Source: Escherichia phage EP-B-K_E2
Reading direction: 5' to 3' (one strand)
Length of the DNA: 43,553 nucleotides
Sequence record: OR992644.1
Part shown: positions 17,680-26,578 of the stretch, piece by piece
Numbering within the stretch: the first letter of the stretch is position 1
Layout of the letters: every line of letters starts with the position of its first letter
Made by a program: the position numbers and the translations under genes
Notes under the pieces: model-generated
Seen by the model: only the letters and a program-made list of their open reading frames with translations
The model's database searches: none
Told to the model about the DNA's origin: nothing

Positions 17680-17837
17680 GCGAAAAAGAGCAAATAACCC
17701 ACCCACCATTACGTATAGGCCGTAAAGTCAGTCACACACCGTTCCCGACACGAGAGGAACTGATGAAACGCAACAGTTTTCCGGGGCCGGACAAGGACAA
17801 GTATATCAATCGCATGTGGGGAGAGCGTAAAGAATGA
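17676..17837 (+). CDS. hypothetical small protein (53 aa)
   Basis: ATGA overlap with preceding ORF. Confidence 0.35.
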   Translation: MSEKEQITHPPLRIGRKVSHTPFPTREELMKRNSFPGPDKDKYINRMWGERKE

Positions 17838-18070
17838 CTGACCGAGAATATGAAAAGATGATGGTAGAGGCCGCCGACGGCGGCGTAGACATCGGGCACG
17901 TGATGCGCGTCCTGAATACTAAAATTGCGGTAGCGGAGCAAATGGTAGAGTCGCTTTATGAGACTCGCCGTGAGCTGATTAACCGCTTCAACCTAAATAA
18001 GGGGCGCACTATTTCTGACGATTTCGATGGGGATTACCGAAATGGCGATTTTTATGAGGGAGCCGAATAA
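17834..18070 (+). CDS. hypothetical protein
   Basis: 78 aa, overlapping stop/start. Confidence 0.45.
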   Translation: MTDREYEKMMVEAADGGVDIGHVMRVLNTKIAVAEQMVESLYETRRELINRFNLNKGRTISDDFDGDYRNGDFYEGAE

Positions 18071-18375
18071 TGCCTAAAATCACAATAGCATCGCTCGAGC
18101 GCCGTATTCTGGTGCTTGAGTCAGAGAAACAGACGTTAGGCGGGCAACTGTCGATTAACGGTGAGTTTCAACTGGAGGCGTTTAAGCAGTTACTGGCTAT
18201 TAAGACGCAAGAACCGAACGTGTACGCTGGGTTGTTCGTAGGTGAGAGTGGCTCGTCACAGGCCTACTACACCACGGCAAACGGGGCCTTAAAGAATGGG
18301 GCCTTAAAGAACGGGGCCGACGTAATAATCCCGCTGTATGACAATGTAGTCGGACCAGAAGATGAAAGCGCCTGA
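18070..18375 (+). CDS. hypothetical protein (EFQLEAF motif family)
   Basis: 101 aa; shares NxEFQLEA[FY]xxLLA motif with 18910 product; NGALKNGALKNGA repeat. Confidence 0.45.
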   Translation: MPKITIASLERRILVLESEKQTLGGQLSINGEFQLEAFKQLLAIKTQEPNVYAGLFVGESGSSQAYYTTANGALKNGALKNGADVIIPLYDNVVGPEDESA

Positions 18376-18544
18376 ACCGGTAGTAATTGATGGCGTCCTG
18401 TGGAAACCTTACTCGGTTAACCACATCGACGCCGATGGGAAGAAGTTCAGCTTCTACATTTTTGCAATTAGCCGTGAGCACGCCGCTTGTGTGGTAGACG
18501 ATATACGAGAAACGGCGTGGCTTGGTGATGAGATAGTGGGGTGA
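18362..18544 (+). CDS. hypothetical protein
   Basis: 60 aa in tightly packed operon. Confidence 0.4.
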   Translation: MKAPEPVVIDGVLWKPYSVNHIDADGKKFSFYIFAISREHAACVVDDIRETAWLGDEIVG

Positions 18545-18732
18545 ATATGTTCAGTGACATCAACGCAGCAATAGAAGAAGCAATCTGGCGTCGTTACAAC
18601 GGTGAGCAACAGCGGCACTTCTGCCTGGTGCAACGCGGTAACATGGTTGCCGTAGTGCAGGACCGCGATAACAAATATCCGAATGCGATGTGGACAACGA
18701 GAGGGTTTAAAAATGCTAGTAAGAATCGATAA
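18541..18732 (+). CDS. hypothetical protein
   Basis: 63 aa. Confidence 0.4.
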   Translation: MNMFSDINAAIEEAIWRRYNGEQQRHFCLVQRGNMVAVVQDRDNKYPNAMWTTRGFKNASKNR

Positions 18733-18913
18733 GCTGGAACCGGGTATGAAAGTGGTATCTAAGAATGGGACACGCACAATAACCGGACTTAAAAGCATGA
18801 AGCAGATGCCGAATGGCCGTGTAGTGTACGCGTGGTTTGCTACGAAGTCGCACCCACGACATGCGAGAACCATAGTAGGATGTGGAGATGTCGTGATTGA
18901 GGTGGTGGAATGA
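18713..18913 (+). CDS. hypothetical protein
   Basis: ORF-track ORF trimmed to ATG at 18713. Confidence 0.4.
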   Translation: MLVRIDKLEPGMKVVSKNGTRTITGLKSMKQMPNGRVVYAWFATKSHPRHARTIVGCGDVVIEVVE

Positions 18914-19131
18914 GCAGAGTAGGTAAAGAGACATTGCGCCAACAGATAGACCGCCTGGCGTCTAAAGGTAGCCCAGAGTTAGGGCTTGGCATGACACTGA
19001 ACGAAGAGTTCCAGTTAGAGGCATATCGGATGTTACTGGCAAAACTTAGCACGTGCCGAAACTGTAACCATGAAACAACAGTAGAGGATATCGAATACAA
19101 TCAATGTGGTTTTTGCGGGTGTGATTTATGA
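18910..19131 (+). CDS. hypothetical protein with C-terminal zinc-ribbon-like Cys cluster (EFQLEAY motif family)
   Basis: CRNCNHE...CGFCGC; N-terminal motif paralogous to 18070 product. Confidence 0.45.
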   Translation: MSRVGKETLRQQIDRLASKGSPELGLGMTLNEEFQLEAYRMLLAKLSTCRNCNHETTVEDIEYNQCGFCGCDL

Positions 19132-19364
19132 TTACCAGCATTCCGAATCTGATTAAAGAATACGGCACGATGGCTGAGACATGCCGACAAACCGGCATCA
19201 ACGAAATGACGATTGCGAAGTACAGCAAAGACGTGAATTGTGAGCGCCATGTAATTTATAACAACCGTCTTATGACGCATGTTAAGACAAGCCCGGTGTT
19301 ATTCACGCGCCGGGGTATCACTAAAACCGAGCAACGTATTGCTAAAGAGGAGAGTGGGGAATGA
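19128..19364 (+). CDS. hypothetical protein, possible HTH
   Basis: MAETCRQTGINEMTIAKYS resembles an HTH. Confidence 0.4.
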   Translation: MITSIPNLIKEYGTMAETCRQTGINEMTIAKYSKDVNCERHVIYNNRLMTHVKTSPVLFTRRGITKTEQRIAKEESGE

Positions 19365-19540
19365 TTATCTTAGAATTACTTAGCAACATCGGTTACGTGG
19401 TGTTTTGGTTCGCGTTTTTAATGGCTTTCTGGACTAAGCCAGAAACATTTACCAACCTACCAAGATACATCTGGTGGCCTATGTTTTTCGGGCTAGTGGC
19501 GTCTGGTGTCGCGGACGCCATGTTGAGATTCTTAAAATGA
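19361..19540 (+). CDS. small membrane protein (59 aa, not in ORF track)
   Basis: Two hydrophobic segments; ATGA overlaps both sides. Confidence 0.35.
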   Translation: MIILELLSNIGYVVFWFAFLMAFWTKPETFTNLPRYIWWPMFFGLVASGVADAMLRFLK

Positions 19541-19638
19541 AACTGTTAATCATCCCTAACTCATGGGCGATTGCCGTAGCTAACGACCATTACGGCGGCG
19601 ATGGTAAAAGAGCACCACGACACAGCCTATACAACTGA
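19537..19638 (+). CDS. hypothetical small ORF (33 aa)
   Basis: ATGA-coupled to previous gene, ends just before terminator. Confidence 0.25.
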   Translation: MKLLIIPNSWAIAVANDHYGGDGKRAPRHSLYN

Positions 19639-19642
19639 TGCA

Positions 19643-19665
19643 AGCCCTCTACGGAGGGCTTTTCT
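19643..19665 (+). terminator. rho-independent terminator
   Basis: agccctc-tacg-gagggct followed by tttt. Confidence 0.6.
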
Positions 19666-19759
19666 GTACATCCAGCCCAATCCCCTTATATAATCCCTTT
19701 AGACGCGTAGGGCGCGTCTGGTGCGCTCTGATGGTCAGACGCATATGCAAGGGGATTCT

Positions 19760-20269
19760 ATGAAGCTGAAACTCAAGCAGCCATCGCCAGAGGTGGTGCA
19801 AGCTGCGCATGAAGAAGCTGTTAGCGCAAACCGTCGCCGTAAACGACCGCGCGGTAAACAGAGCCTTTATCAATCATCCCGTAATTCCGCTGCGCTGTGG
19901 GACCCGGACTATTGCGACGAATTGATTCGTTTCTTCGACCGCACGTCGTGGGAGCTTGTGCCTACGTCCAAAGGTGACGAACGCCCGCTGATTCAGGATA
20001 AACCGCCATCACTGGCACGCTTCGCCTTACACATCGGCGTCACTATCCCGATTATTAAGCTGTGGCTGCGCGAGATTCCCGCATTTGCAGAAGCCTGGGA
20101 GACGGCGCAGGCGCTGGAAGAGGCGTATTTCACTGAGACTGGCGCCGCGGGCATCTCCGCGACGTTCGCTGCCGCTAAGCTGGGGCTGAATAAGAAAGAT
20201 GAGCCTGAGAACGATAGCAGCACATCGCAGAACATCACAGTAGTGATAAAGAAAGATACTGGAGAGTAG
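19760..20269 (+). CDS. terminase small subunit
   Basis: Position immediately upstream of large terminase, basic N-terminus, size about 170 aa; SD aagggga. Confidence 0.55.
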   Translation: MKLKLKQPSPEVVQAAHEEAVSANRRRKRPRGKQSLYQSSRNSAALWDPDYCDELIRFFDRTSWELVPTSKGDERPLIQDKPPSLARFALHIGVTIPIIKLWLREIPAFAEAWETAQALEEAYFTETGAAGISATFAAAKLGLNKKDEPENDSSTSQNITVVIKKDTGE

Positions 20270-20327
20270 TAGACGGGCTAGATAAACGATGCTAGTATCA
20301 ACCCATCCATTGAAGTGGGTTGATACT

Positions 20328-21125
20328 ATGAATTACGAAAAGATATACGAAAGCTTTATATCTCGTTGCAGGTCGCTGCCACACCGGGGCTACGCCGAAA
20401 GACACCACATACTGCCGCGGTCCTTAGGCGGGGATGACTCCCCCGAGAATCTTATTGATTTATCCGCAAGAGAACATTTCTTCGCGCATCTCCTTCTGGC
20501 AAAAATCCACGGCGGCAACATGTGGGCCGCTCTGGCATACATGTCAAGAGGCGGCACTAAGTCAAGCAAACTACATAAATGCACATCCCGTCAGTATGAG
20601 TTTATAAAGCGTAAAGACGCTGAATGGCGTAGCTTGGCGTACCGTGGGGATAAAAACCCGTTCTACGGGAAAACGCATTCACCACAAGCCCTGGCGAAAA
20701 TGCGCAAACCTAGAGTCAATAAAGAGAGACTTTTTGGGCGGGCGGTGCCGGGTGTCGGGGCTATCATATCGTTTGTGCAGACATATAGACCCCGTGCGGT
20801 AGAAATAGATACTACGGTTAGAGACCGAATTGATAGTTGGTTCGCGGTGGACGAAGAACTGCGGCAGCTTAATGTATTCCTCGCCCGTAGCCAAGGGCAG
20901 AAAGCGCTCAATCGAGACCACCACGGCGAAAAGAACCCAAACTACGGCAATGGGAAAGCCATATCCGGCGAAAAGAACCCGATGTTCGGTAAGAAACACA
21001 GCGAAAGCACCAGGGCTAAAATTGCGGAGAAAATGAAACGCACTATGGTGTGCCCGCACTGCGGCAAAGAATCTAACATAGCAAACGCACATAGGTGGCA
21101 CTTTGACAACTGCAAACACAAATGA
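20328..21125 (+). CDS. HNH homing-type endonuclease with NUMOD3-like repeats
   Basis: HHILPRSLGGDDSPENLIDLSAREH HNH motif; repeated KNPxYGK motifs. Confidence 0.7.
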   Translation: MNYEKIYESFISRCRSLPHRGYAERHHILPRSLGGDDSPENLIDLSAREHFFAHLLLAKIHGGNMWAALAYMSRGGTKSSKLHKCTSRQYEFIKRKDAEWRSLAYRGDKNPFYGKTHSPQALAKMRKPRVNKERLFGRAVPGVGAIISFVQTYRPRAVEIDTTVRDRIDSWFAVDEELRQLNVFLARSQGQKALNRDHHGEKNPNYGNGKAISGEKNPMFGKKHSESTRAKIAEKMKRTMVCPHCGKESNIANAHRWHFDNCKHK

Positions 21126-22359
21126 GAAAGAGATGTTGCTTCTCCCGCACCAATACGAACTATTGGCTGATACCACGACAAAGATAATCGGGCTGTGTTC
21201 CGGATTCGGGGGCGGTAAAACGTACAGCGCCGCGCGTAAAGCGGTGCATCTGGCTCTTCTTAACCCAGGTGTAGACGGAATAATAACAGAGCCGACGTTT
21301 CCTCTGTTAGTGCAGGTTATGTTTCCAGAACTTATGGCGGCGCTGGACTTCTTCGGCGTCAAATACAAGTTCAACAAGGTTGAGTCTATTTTTTATTGCG
21401 ACATAAACGGGCAAACAACCCGTATTATTTGCGGAAGTATGGAGAACTATCAGCGACTTATCGGGATAAACGCCGCGTGGTGCGTGTGCGACGAGTTTGA
21501 TACCGCTAAGCAAGAAACCGCTTATGCCGCGTACATGAAGCTGCTAGGCCGCCTTCGTAGGGGTAATGTGCGCCAGTTGGTGATAGTGTCTACCCCTGAG
21601 GGTTTCAGGGCGATGTACCAGATATTCGTAACCGAAGCCGATGCCAGCAAACGGCTAATACGTGCGAAGACAACCGATAACTACCACTTACCAGCGGACT
21701 ACGTAGAGTCAATGCGCAGCCAGTACCCTGAGCAACTCATAAACGCCTATCTGAATGGCGAGTTCGTAAACCTTACATCTGGAGTTGTATATTATGGCTA
21801 TCAACGAGGTAAATGCGAATCCAACGAAACTATTAAACCGGGTGAACCTCTATACATTGGGCAGGATTTTAACGTCGGCAAAATGGCGTCGTGCGTTTAT
21901 GTAAAACGCGGTGCTGATTTTCATGCGGTAGCCGAGTTGGTCGACCTTTTTGATACCCCTGATGTAGTTCGCGTTATCAAGGAGCGGTGGGCCGGGCATC
22001 ACATAATTATGTACCCAGACGCCAGTGGTCGTAATCGTAAAAGCAACTCCGCTTCCACATCTGACATAGCTATCCTGGAGCAAGCAGGATTTGAGATTAG
22101 AGCTAAATCAAAAAATCCACCTGTGAAAGACCGTGTCGCCGCGAGTAACGCCGCGTTTGAAAAAGGTAGAGTCTTTATTAACTCGAAGGCTTGCCCTGCA
22201 ACGGCGCGAGGATTAGAGCAGCAAGCCTATGATAAAAACGGTGAGCCAGAGAAAAACGGCGTAATCGACCATATGGTTGACGCAGCTACATACTTGATCG
22301 CTTACGAGATGCCAGTAGCTAAACCTGTCATTAATATACCGGTTACTTTCGCGCTATAA
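21103..22359 (+). CDS. terminase large subunit
   Basis: Walker A-like GFGGGKTYSA, 418 aa, followed by portal. Confidence 0.8.
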   Translation: MTTANTNEKEMLLLPHQYELLADTTTKIIGLCSGFGGGKTYSAARKAVHLALLNPGVDGIITEPTFPLLVQVMFPELMAALDFFGVKYKFNKVESIFYCDINGQTTRIICGSMENYQRLIGINAAWCVCDEFDTAKQETAYAAYMKLLGRLRRGNVRQLVIVSTPEGFRAMYQIFVTEADASKRLIRAKTTDNYHLPADYVESMRSQYPEQLINAYLNGEFVNLTSGVVYYGYQRGKCESNETIKPGEPLYIGQDFNVGKMASCVYVKRGADFHAVAELVDLFDTPDVVRVIKERWAGHHIIMYPDASGRNRKSNSASTSDIAILEQAGFEIRAKSKNPPVKDRVAASNAAFEKGRVFINSKACPATARGLEQQAYDKNGEPEKNGVIDHMVDAATYLIAYEMPVAKPVINIPVTFAL

Positions 22360-22507
22360 CGTATGTGTGTTAGCATTTAAAAAGCTGCTTAATTGCGGCT
22401 TTTGTTGTTGGTGATATTTCTTACTGCGACCATCGTGTGATACCCTGTCCACACTAGGTGGGCTAATTCTTGCGCCCCGCTACAGCAAACACGAGGGCCA
22501 ACTAACA

Positions 22508-23983
22508 ATGTTAACTATGAACGGTCAGAATCAGGGTGTTAAGACAAAACACCGGGAATGGCTGCATCACTTTAGTAAATGGCAGAAGGTCCGCCACGCT
22601 CTGGAAGGCGACCTTATCCGCTATCTTCGCAACGTCGGGAAGAACGAACCTGACCCAACGTACGCGGCCCAACGGCAAGAAGAATATGAGAACGGTGCTA
22701 TCTGCTACAACTTCACCAAGCGTACTCTGGCGGGAATGGTCGGTTCAGTGATGCGCAAAGACCCTGAGCAGATTATTCCGCCTGAACTGGAATACCTGTT
22801 ACGCAATGCTGATGGTTCTGGTGTTGGCCTGTGGCAGCACGCGCAGGACACGCTGATGGAGATTGACTCAGTAGGCCGTGGTGGGTTGCTGGTTGATGCC
22901 CCAGAGACAGCTGCGGCAACGGCGGCAGAGCAGAACGCAGGATTATTAAACCCGGTCATCGCATTCTACACCGCGGAGAACATCATCAACTGGCGACTGA
23001 CCCGCATCGGTTCCGTTAACCGCGTGACTATGGTCGTGTTGCGGGAGGTATGGGAATACTCGGAACCGGGCGCAGAGTTCGAAACAAAGTTCGGGGAGCA
23101 ATACCGAGTCCTTGACCTGATTGACGGTCGCTACCGCCAGCGCATTTACCGCTTCGATGCCGAAGGTGGCGCACAGGATGAAGTAATCGAAATATTCCCG
23201 GAACTAGGCGAACAGTTGCGCGGAAAAATCCCGTTCACGTTCATTGGCGCAAGCAACAACGATGCGACCATCGACGATGCGCCTTTGCTGCCGTTGGCTG
23301 AGCTTAATATCGGGCATTTCCGCAACAGTGCAGACAATGAGGAGTCCAGCTTCGTTGTAGGCCAGCCCACGCTGTTCATCGCCCCTGGTGAGAACATGAG
23401 CATGGAGCAGTGGAAAGAAGCCAACCCGCACGGCGTGCGCATGGGGTCGCGCTCGGGCCATAACATCGGTTACGGCGGCAATGCGTTTCTGGTTCAGGCG
23501 GGAGAGAACAACCTCGCCAAACAGAACATGCTGGATAAAGAGAATCAGGCCATCCAGATTGGCGCGCAGCTTATCACCCCGACGCAGCAAATCACCGCGG
23601 AATCGGCCCGTCTGCAACGTGGAGCGGATACGTCTGTTATGGCGACAATTGCCCGTAACGTAAGCATGGCGTACACCGATGCGTTGCGCTGGGTGGCGGC
23701 GATGCTAGGGTTGCGCGAAGACACAGAGATTGAATTCAAGCTGAATATGGAGTTCTTCCTGCAACCGATGACCGCCCAGGACCGTGCTCAGTGGATGGCC
23801 GATATTAACGCGGGCCTGTTACCGGCTACTGCCTACTACGCGGCATTGCGCAAGGCTGGGGTGACTGACTGGACCGACGAGGACATTCAGAACGCTATCG
23901 AGGATGCACCTCTGCCGTTGGTTACACAGACTACCGGGGAGATTCCGTCTACAGCGCAGCAGGATGAAGAGGCGAAGCAATGA
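22508..23983 (+). CDS. portal protein
   Basis: 491 aa, position between large terminase and head morphogenesis gene. Confidence 0.7.
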   Translation: MLTMNGQNQGVKTKHREWLHHFSKWQKVRHALEGDLIRYLRNVGKNEPDPTYAAQRQEEYENGAICYNFTKRTLAGMVGSVMRKDPEQIIPPELEYLLRNADGSGVGLWQHAQDTLMEIDSVGRGGLLVDAPETAAATAAEQNAGLLNPVIAFYTAENIINWRLTRIGSVNRVTMVVLREVWEYSEPGAEFETKFGEQYRVLDLIDGRYRQRIYRFDAEGGAQDEVIEIFPELGEQLRGKIPFTFIGASNNDATIDDAPLLPLAELNIGHFRNSADNEESSFVVGQPTLFIAPGENMSMEQWKEANPHGVRMGSRSGHNIGYGGNAFLVQAGENNLAKQNMLDKENQAIQIGAQLITPTQQITAESARLQRGADTSVMATIARNVSMAYTDALRWVAAMLGLREDTEIEFKLNMEFFLQPMTAQDRAQWMADINAGLLPATAYYAALRKAGVTDWTDEDIQNAIEDAPLPLVTQTTGEIPSTAQQDEEAKQ

Positions 23984-25035
23984 GCCAGCTATCACAGATG
24001 ATTATCAGCCATCAAATATGGCTACAGAGACTCGGAACGCAAACAGCGTCGCTGTCCATCCCCTTCGTCAATAAGATGCGGGCTGAGGTGCGCGACGCGG
24101 TGCTTAAGTTCGGTGACGACGCGCGAACAGTGAAGAAGCTGAATAAAATGCTGGCAAGCCTGGATGGCGTGCTGGACGACGTCACCGGAGACTGGAAGAG
24201 CACGATAGAGAAGAGCCTGCGCGAGATTGCCGACTACGAGAATAAGTGGTTTATCCATACGTTGGAGGCCAACACGAAGCCGAAAACGTTCATTACTGGA
24301 CCTACGGCAGAAGAACTGTGGTCGCGTATCAAGTTCGCACCACTGGCGCTGGGTAACGCACCTGTTGGCGTTATGGACCTGATGTCCGGTTGGGCGCAGA
24401 CTGAGCGTAACCGCCTTGTGCGTGGCGTACAGACCGGCTTTGTGCAGGGACAGACAACCCGCCAGATTGTCTCTGCCGTTGCGGGCCCTGGCGGCCTGGC
24501 TGATATCTCTGAGCGCAACGTAATGACGGTAGTCCGAACAGCAGTGAGCCACGTATCGAACACGGCGCGAGATTCTGTGTACGTCAGCAACAGCGATATT
24601 GTGCGCAAATATCAGTGGGTATCTACGCTCGACAGCCGCACTTCGACTGTATGTAAGTCGCGCGACGGCCAGAAATATGACGTAGGTAGAGGGCCTATGC
24701 CCCCCGCACACCCAAACTGTCGCAGTACCACTATCCCAGTAATCGAAGATGACTTCCTGGACTTTCTCGACGAGGGGGCTAAGCGGGCGGCTAAGGGTGC
24801 AGACGGGGGTACTCAGGTAAGCGCAGACACCACCTATTACGAGTTCCTGAAACAACAACCGGCGTGGTTTCAGGACCAGGCGCTCGGCCCGGTGCGCGGT
24901 AAGATTTTCCGTAACAGCGGTATATCGCCGGAAGAGTTTCGCGTAATATCTGTAGATGGTTTCGGGAATCCGCTCACGCTTAAGCAGATGGCGGAACTCG
25001 ATAAACGTGTTGCCGATTATCTGAAAGGGGAATAA
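23980..25035 (+). CDS. head morphogenesis / minor capsid protein (SPP1 gp7 / Mu F-like)
   Basis: 351 aa directly after portal with overlapping stop/start. Confidence 0.6.
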   Translation: MSQLSQMIISHQIWLQRLGTQTASLSIPFVNKMRAEVRDAVLKFGDDARTVKKLNKMLASLDGVLDDVTGDWKSTIEKSLREIADYENKWFIHTLEANTKPKTFITGPTAEELWSRIKFAPLALGNAPVGVMDLMSGWAQTERNRLVRGVQTGFVQGQTTRQIVSAVAGPGGLADISERNVMTVVRTAVSHVSNTARDSVYVSNSDIVRKYQWVSTLDSRTSTVCKSRDGQKYDVGRGPMPPAHPNCRSTTIPVIEDDFLDFLDEGAKRAAKGADGGTQVSADTTYYEFLKQQPAWFQDQALGPVRGKIFRNSGISPEEFRVISVDGFGNPLTLKQMAELDKRVADYLKGE

Positions 25036-25496
25036 TGATGGGCTTTTTCAAAGTAACTGATGTGCCGTCGCGTCGCGTAGTCCAGTACGCCCGTGTGTCT
25101 GGCTCCGGCGAGAACGTGGTATTTATTGAGGACGAAAGTGTACTTGGTACACCTGTAGACGACATGCCGTTTGCCGATAAAACAGGCATTGCGCTGCCAG
25201 CGGCGGGTATGCTTTACGAGATTCCGTATCTGGCTGATGCGGGTGATGTGTATTTCTCTGTGCAACCGAAAGACGCTGAACTTGCGGACGGCAGCGCAAA
25301 TATCACTGTCGAAGTTAAGGCGGGCAAAGCTCCGTATTCACTTACCTGGTACAAGGACGGTAAGGAAGTGGTGAACGCCCCCGAGGAGGCTATGTCTCTG
25401 AGGGTTAACGCGGTCGGTGAATACTTCGTTAAAGTCGCCGATGCCGACGGCGTAGAGGCGGTAAGCAAAGCGGCGAAGGTTACTAAGCCAGAATGA
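25035..25496 (+). CDS. Ig-like domain protein (possible capsid decoration)
   Basis: C-terminal YSLTWYKDGKEV Ig-like strand motif shared with 29159 product. Confidence 0.45.
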   Translation: MMGFFKVTDVPSRRVVQYARVSGSGENVVFIEDESVLGTPVDDMPFADKTGIALPAAGMLYEIPYLADAGDVYFSVQPKDAELADGSANITVEVKAGKAPYSLTWYKDGKEVVNAPEEAMSLRVNAVGEYFVKVADADGVEAVSKAAKVTKPE

Positions 25497-25500
25497 TAGA

Positions 25501-25529
25501 AGGCCCTGAAAGGGCCTTATTTTTTTTTA
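25501..25529 (+). terminator. rho-independent terminator
   Basis: aggccct-gaa-agggcct followed by 9 T. Confidence 0.7.
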
Positions 25530-25808
25530 TACAAATACGAATCCATCGCTGGTAGAGGTGTATCGGGTGGCGCCGTTTTTCGTTTCAGGCCAACAGATAT
25601 ATGAGCGACCATGATACTCTATCCACCAAAGTTCTACATCGGCACCTTCATTAGGTCGCGTCAACCACCCGTGGTGCAGCCAATACTTGCGCCCTATTTT
25701 AAATATGCCTTCTTCGCCTGAAGGCCTGCAACAGGCGACGCACTCTACTTGAATACCATCAACCTGCACACATGTCATATGTAAATTACTGTTTGAGTAT
25801 TTAGCCAT
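25527..25808 (-). CDS. reverse-oriented orphan gene, Cys-rich hypothetical protein
   Basis: 93-aa ORF with own promoter (25844-25872) and SD aaggaa; opposite to flanking structural genes. Confidence 0.55.
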   Translation of the reverse strand: MAKYSNSNLHMTCVQVDGIQVECVACCRPSGEEGIFKIGRKYWLHHGWLTRPNEGADVELWWIEYHGRSYICWPETKNGATRYTSTSDGFVFV

Positions 25809-25843
25809 TTCTAAATTCCTTATCTCTCGTTTCGATGTAATGA

Positions 25844-25872
25844 ATAGTACCCTATTATGCTGGTGTGTGCAA
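25844..25872 (-). promoter_or_regulatory. sigma70-like promoter TTGCAC-N17-TACTAT with dyad (minus strand)
   Basis: Near-identical to 12844-12872 element. Confidence 0.6.
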
Positions 25873-25926
25873 ACTATTTATTTACATATTCCAGTTATTC
25901 CGCTCAATTGTAAATGTTGGAATAAA

Positions 25927-25967
25927 CTATTCGAATAGTTGACTTTTCACTAAAAATGTGATAAGCT
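25927..25967 (+). promoter_or_regulatory. palindrome CTATTCGAATAG abutting a TTGACT -35 and extended -10-like TGaTAAGCT
   Basis: Perfect 12-bp palindrome at 25927-25938; promoter-like spacing 17. Confidence 0.45.
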
Positions 25968-26143
25968 CCACCTGAGCTTGTGAAGTATGAACAAGCGACC
26001 GCGGCGCGGGCAGGTAACGGAGCGGGACGTAAGTCATGAGTGTAGTTACGCTGACGCGTTCGGAAGGGCCATACTCTATTGCTTGTGTAAAAAGTAACTG
26101 GTTTACTGAGATTACGCCGTTTCTATGTTTAAATGATAAGGAC

Positions 26144-26171
26144 TAGCGCCCCGCTTTAAGGCGGGGCTTTA
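26144..26171 (+). promoter_or_regulatory. GC-rich hairpin in leader upstream of spanin genes (possible attenuator)
   Basis: gccccgc-tttaag-gcggggc followed by tttactt. Confidence 0.4.
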
Positions 26172-26191
26172 CTTATCGAGAAAGGAGAAAC

Positions 26192-26578
26192 ATGAATCTT
26201 AAAGCAACTGTCGTAGCAGGAGCATGTTTCATCATCCTGGCTTACGCGCACGGCATCTACCAGTATCGCAGCGGCTGGAACGAAGGCCGGGTGAATCTCG
26301 TTTCGCAGCAACATCAGAAAGCACAGGCGGAGCTAGCGAAGAAAACACAACGGCAGCAGCAGGATGAATCAAAGGCCGCAGCCGCCGACAACGAAGGCAA
26401 GACGAAATCAGAGGTGATTACCCGTGAAGTCGTTAAGTACATTAAAACGCCTGGCCGCAGCGTGTGCACTTTCGACGATGCTCGCGTCCTGCTCAAGTCC
26501 CGCGCCGTCGCCAACGCCAATTCCATCCCCGGATACGACAATGATGCAGCCTCCGTGCAAACTGGCGGCGCCAAGTAG
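26192..26578 (+). CDS. i-spanin (Rz-like)
   Basis: N-terminal TM helix, Gln/Ala/Lys-rich periplasmic region, overlapping lipoprotein gene in +1 frame. Confidence 0.6.
   Translation: MNLKATVVAGACFIILAYAHGIYQYRSGWNEGRVNLVSQQHQKAQAELAKKTQRQQQDESKAAAADNEGKTKSEVITREVVKYIKTPGRSVCTFDDARVLLKSRAVANANSIPGYDNDAASVQTGGAK

Noticed and set aside
24022-24858. 278-aa minus-strand ORF inside the head morphogenesis gene
   Set aside because: Antisense to a syntenic plus-strand gene; no SD or promoter; Arg/Cys-rich composition.
25939-26191. tRNA gene in the untranslated leader
   Set aside because: No cloverleaf could be built by eye: no GTTC(R)A T-loop with a matching 7-bp acceptor stem; treated as a leader or possible small RNA instead.
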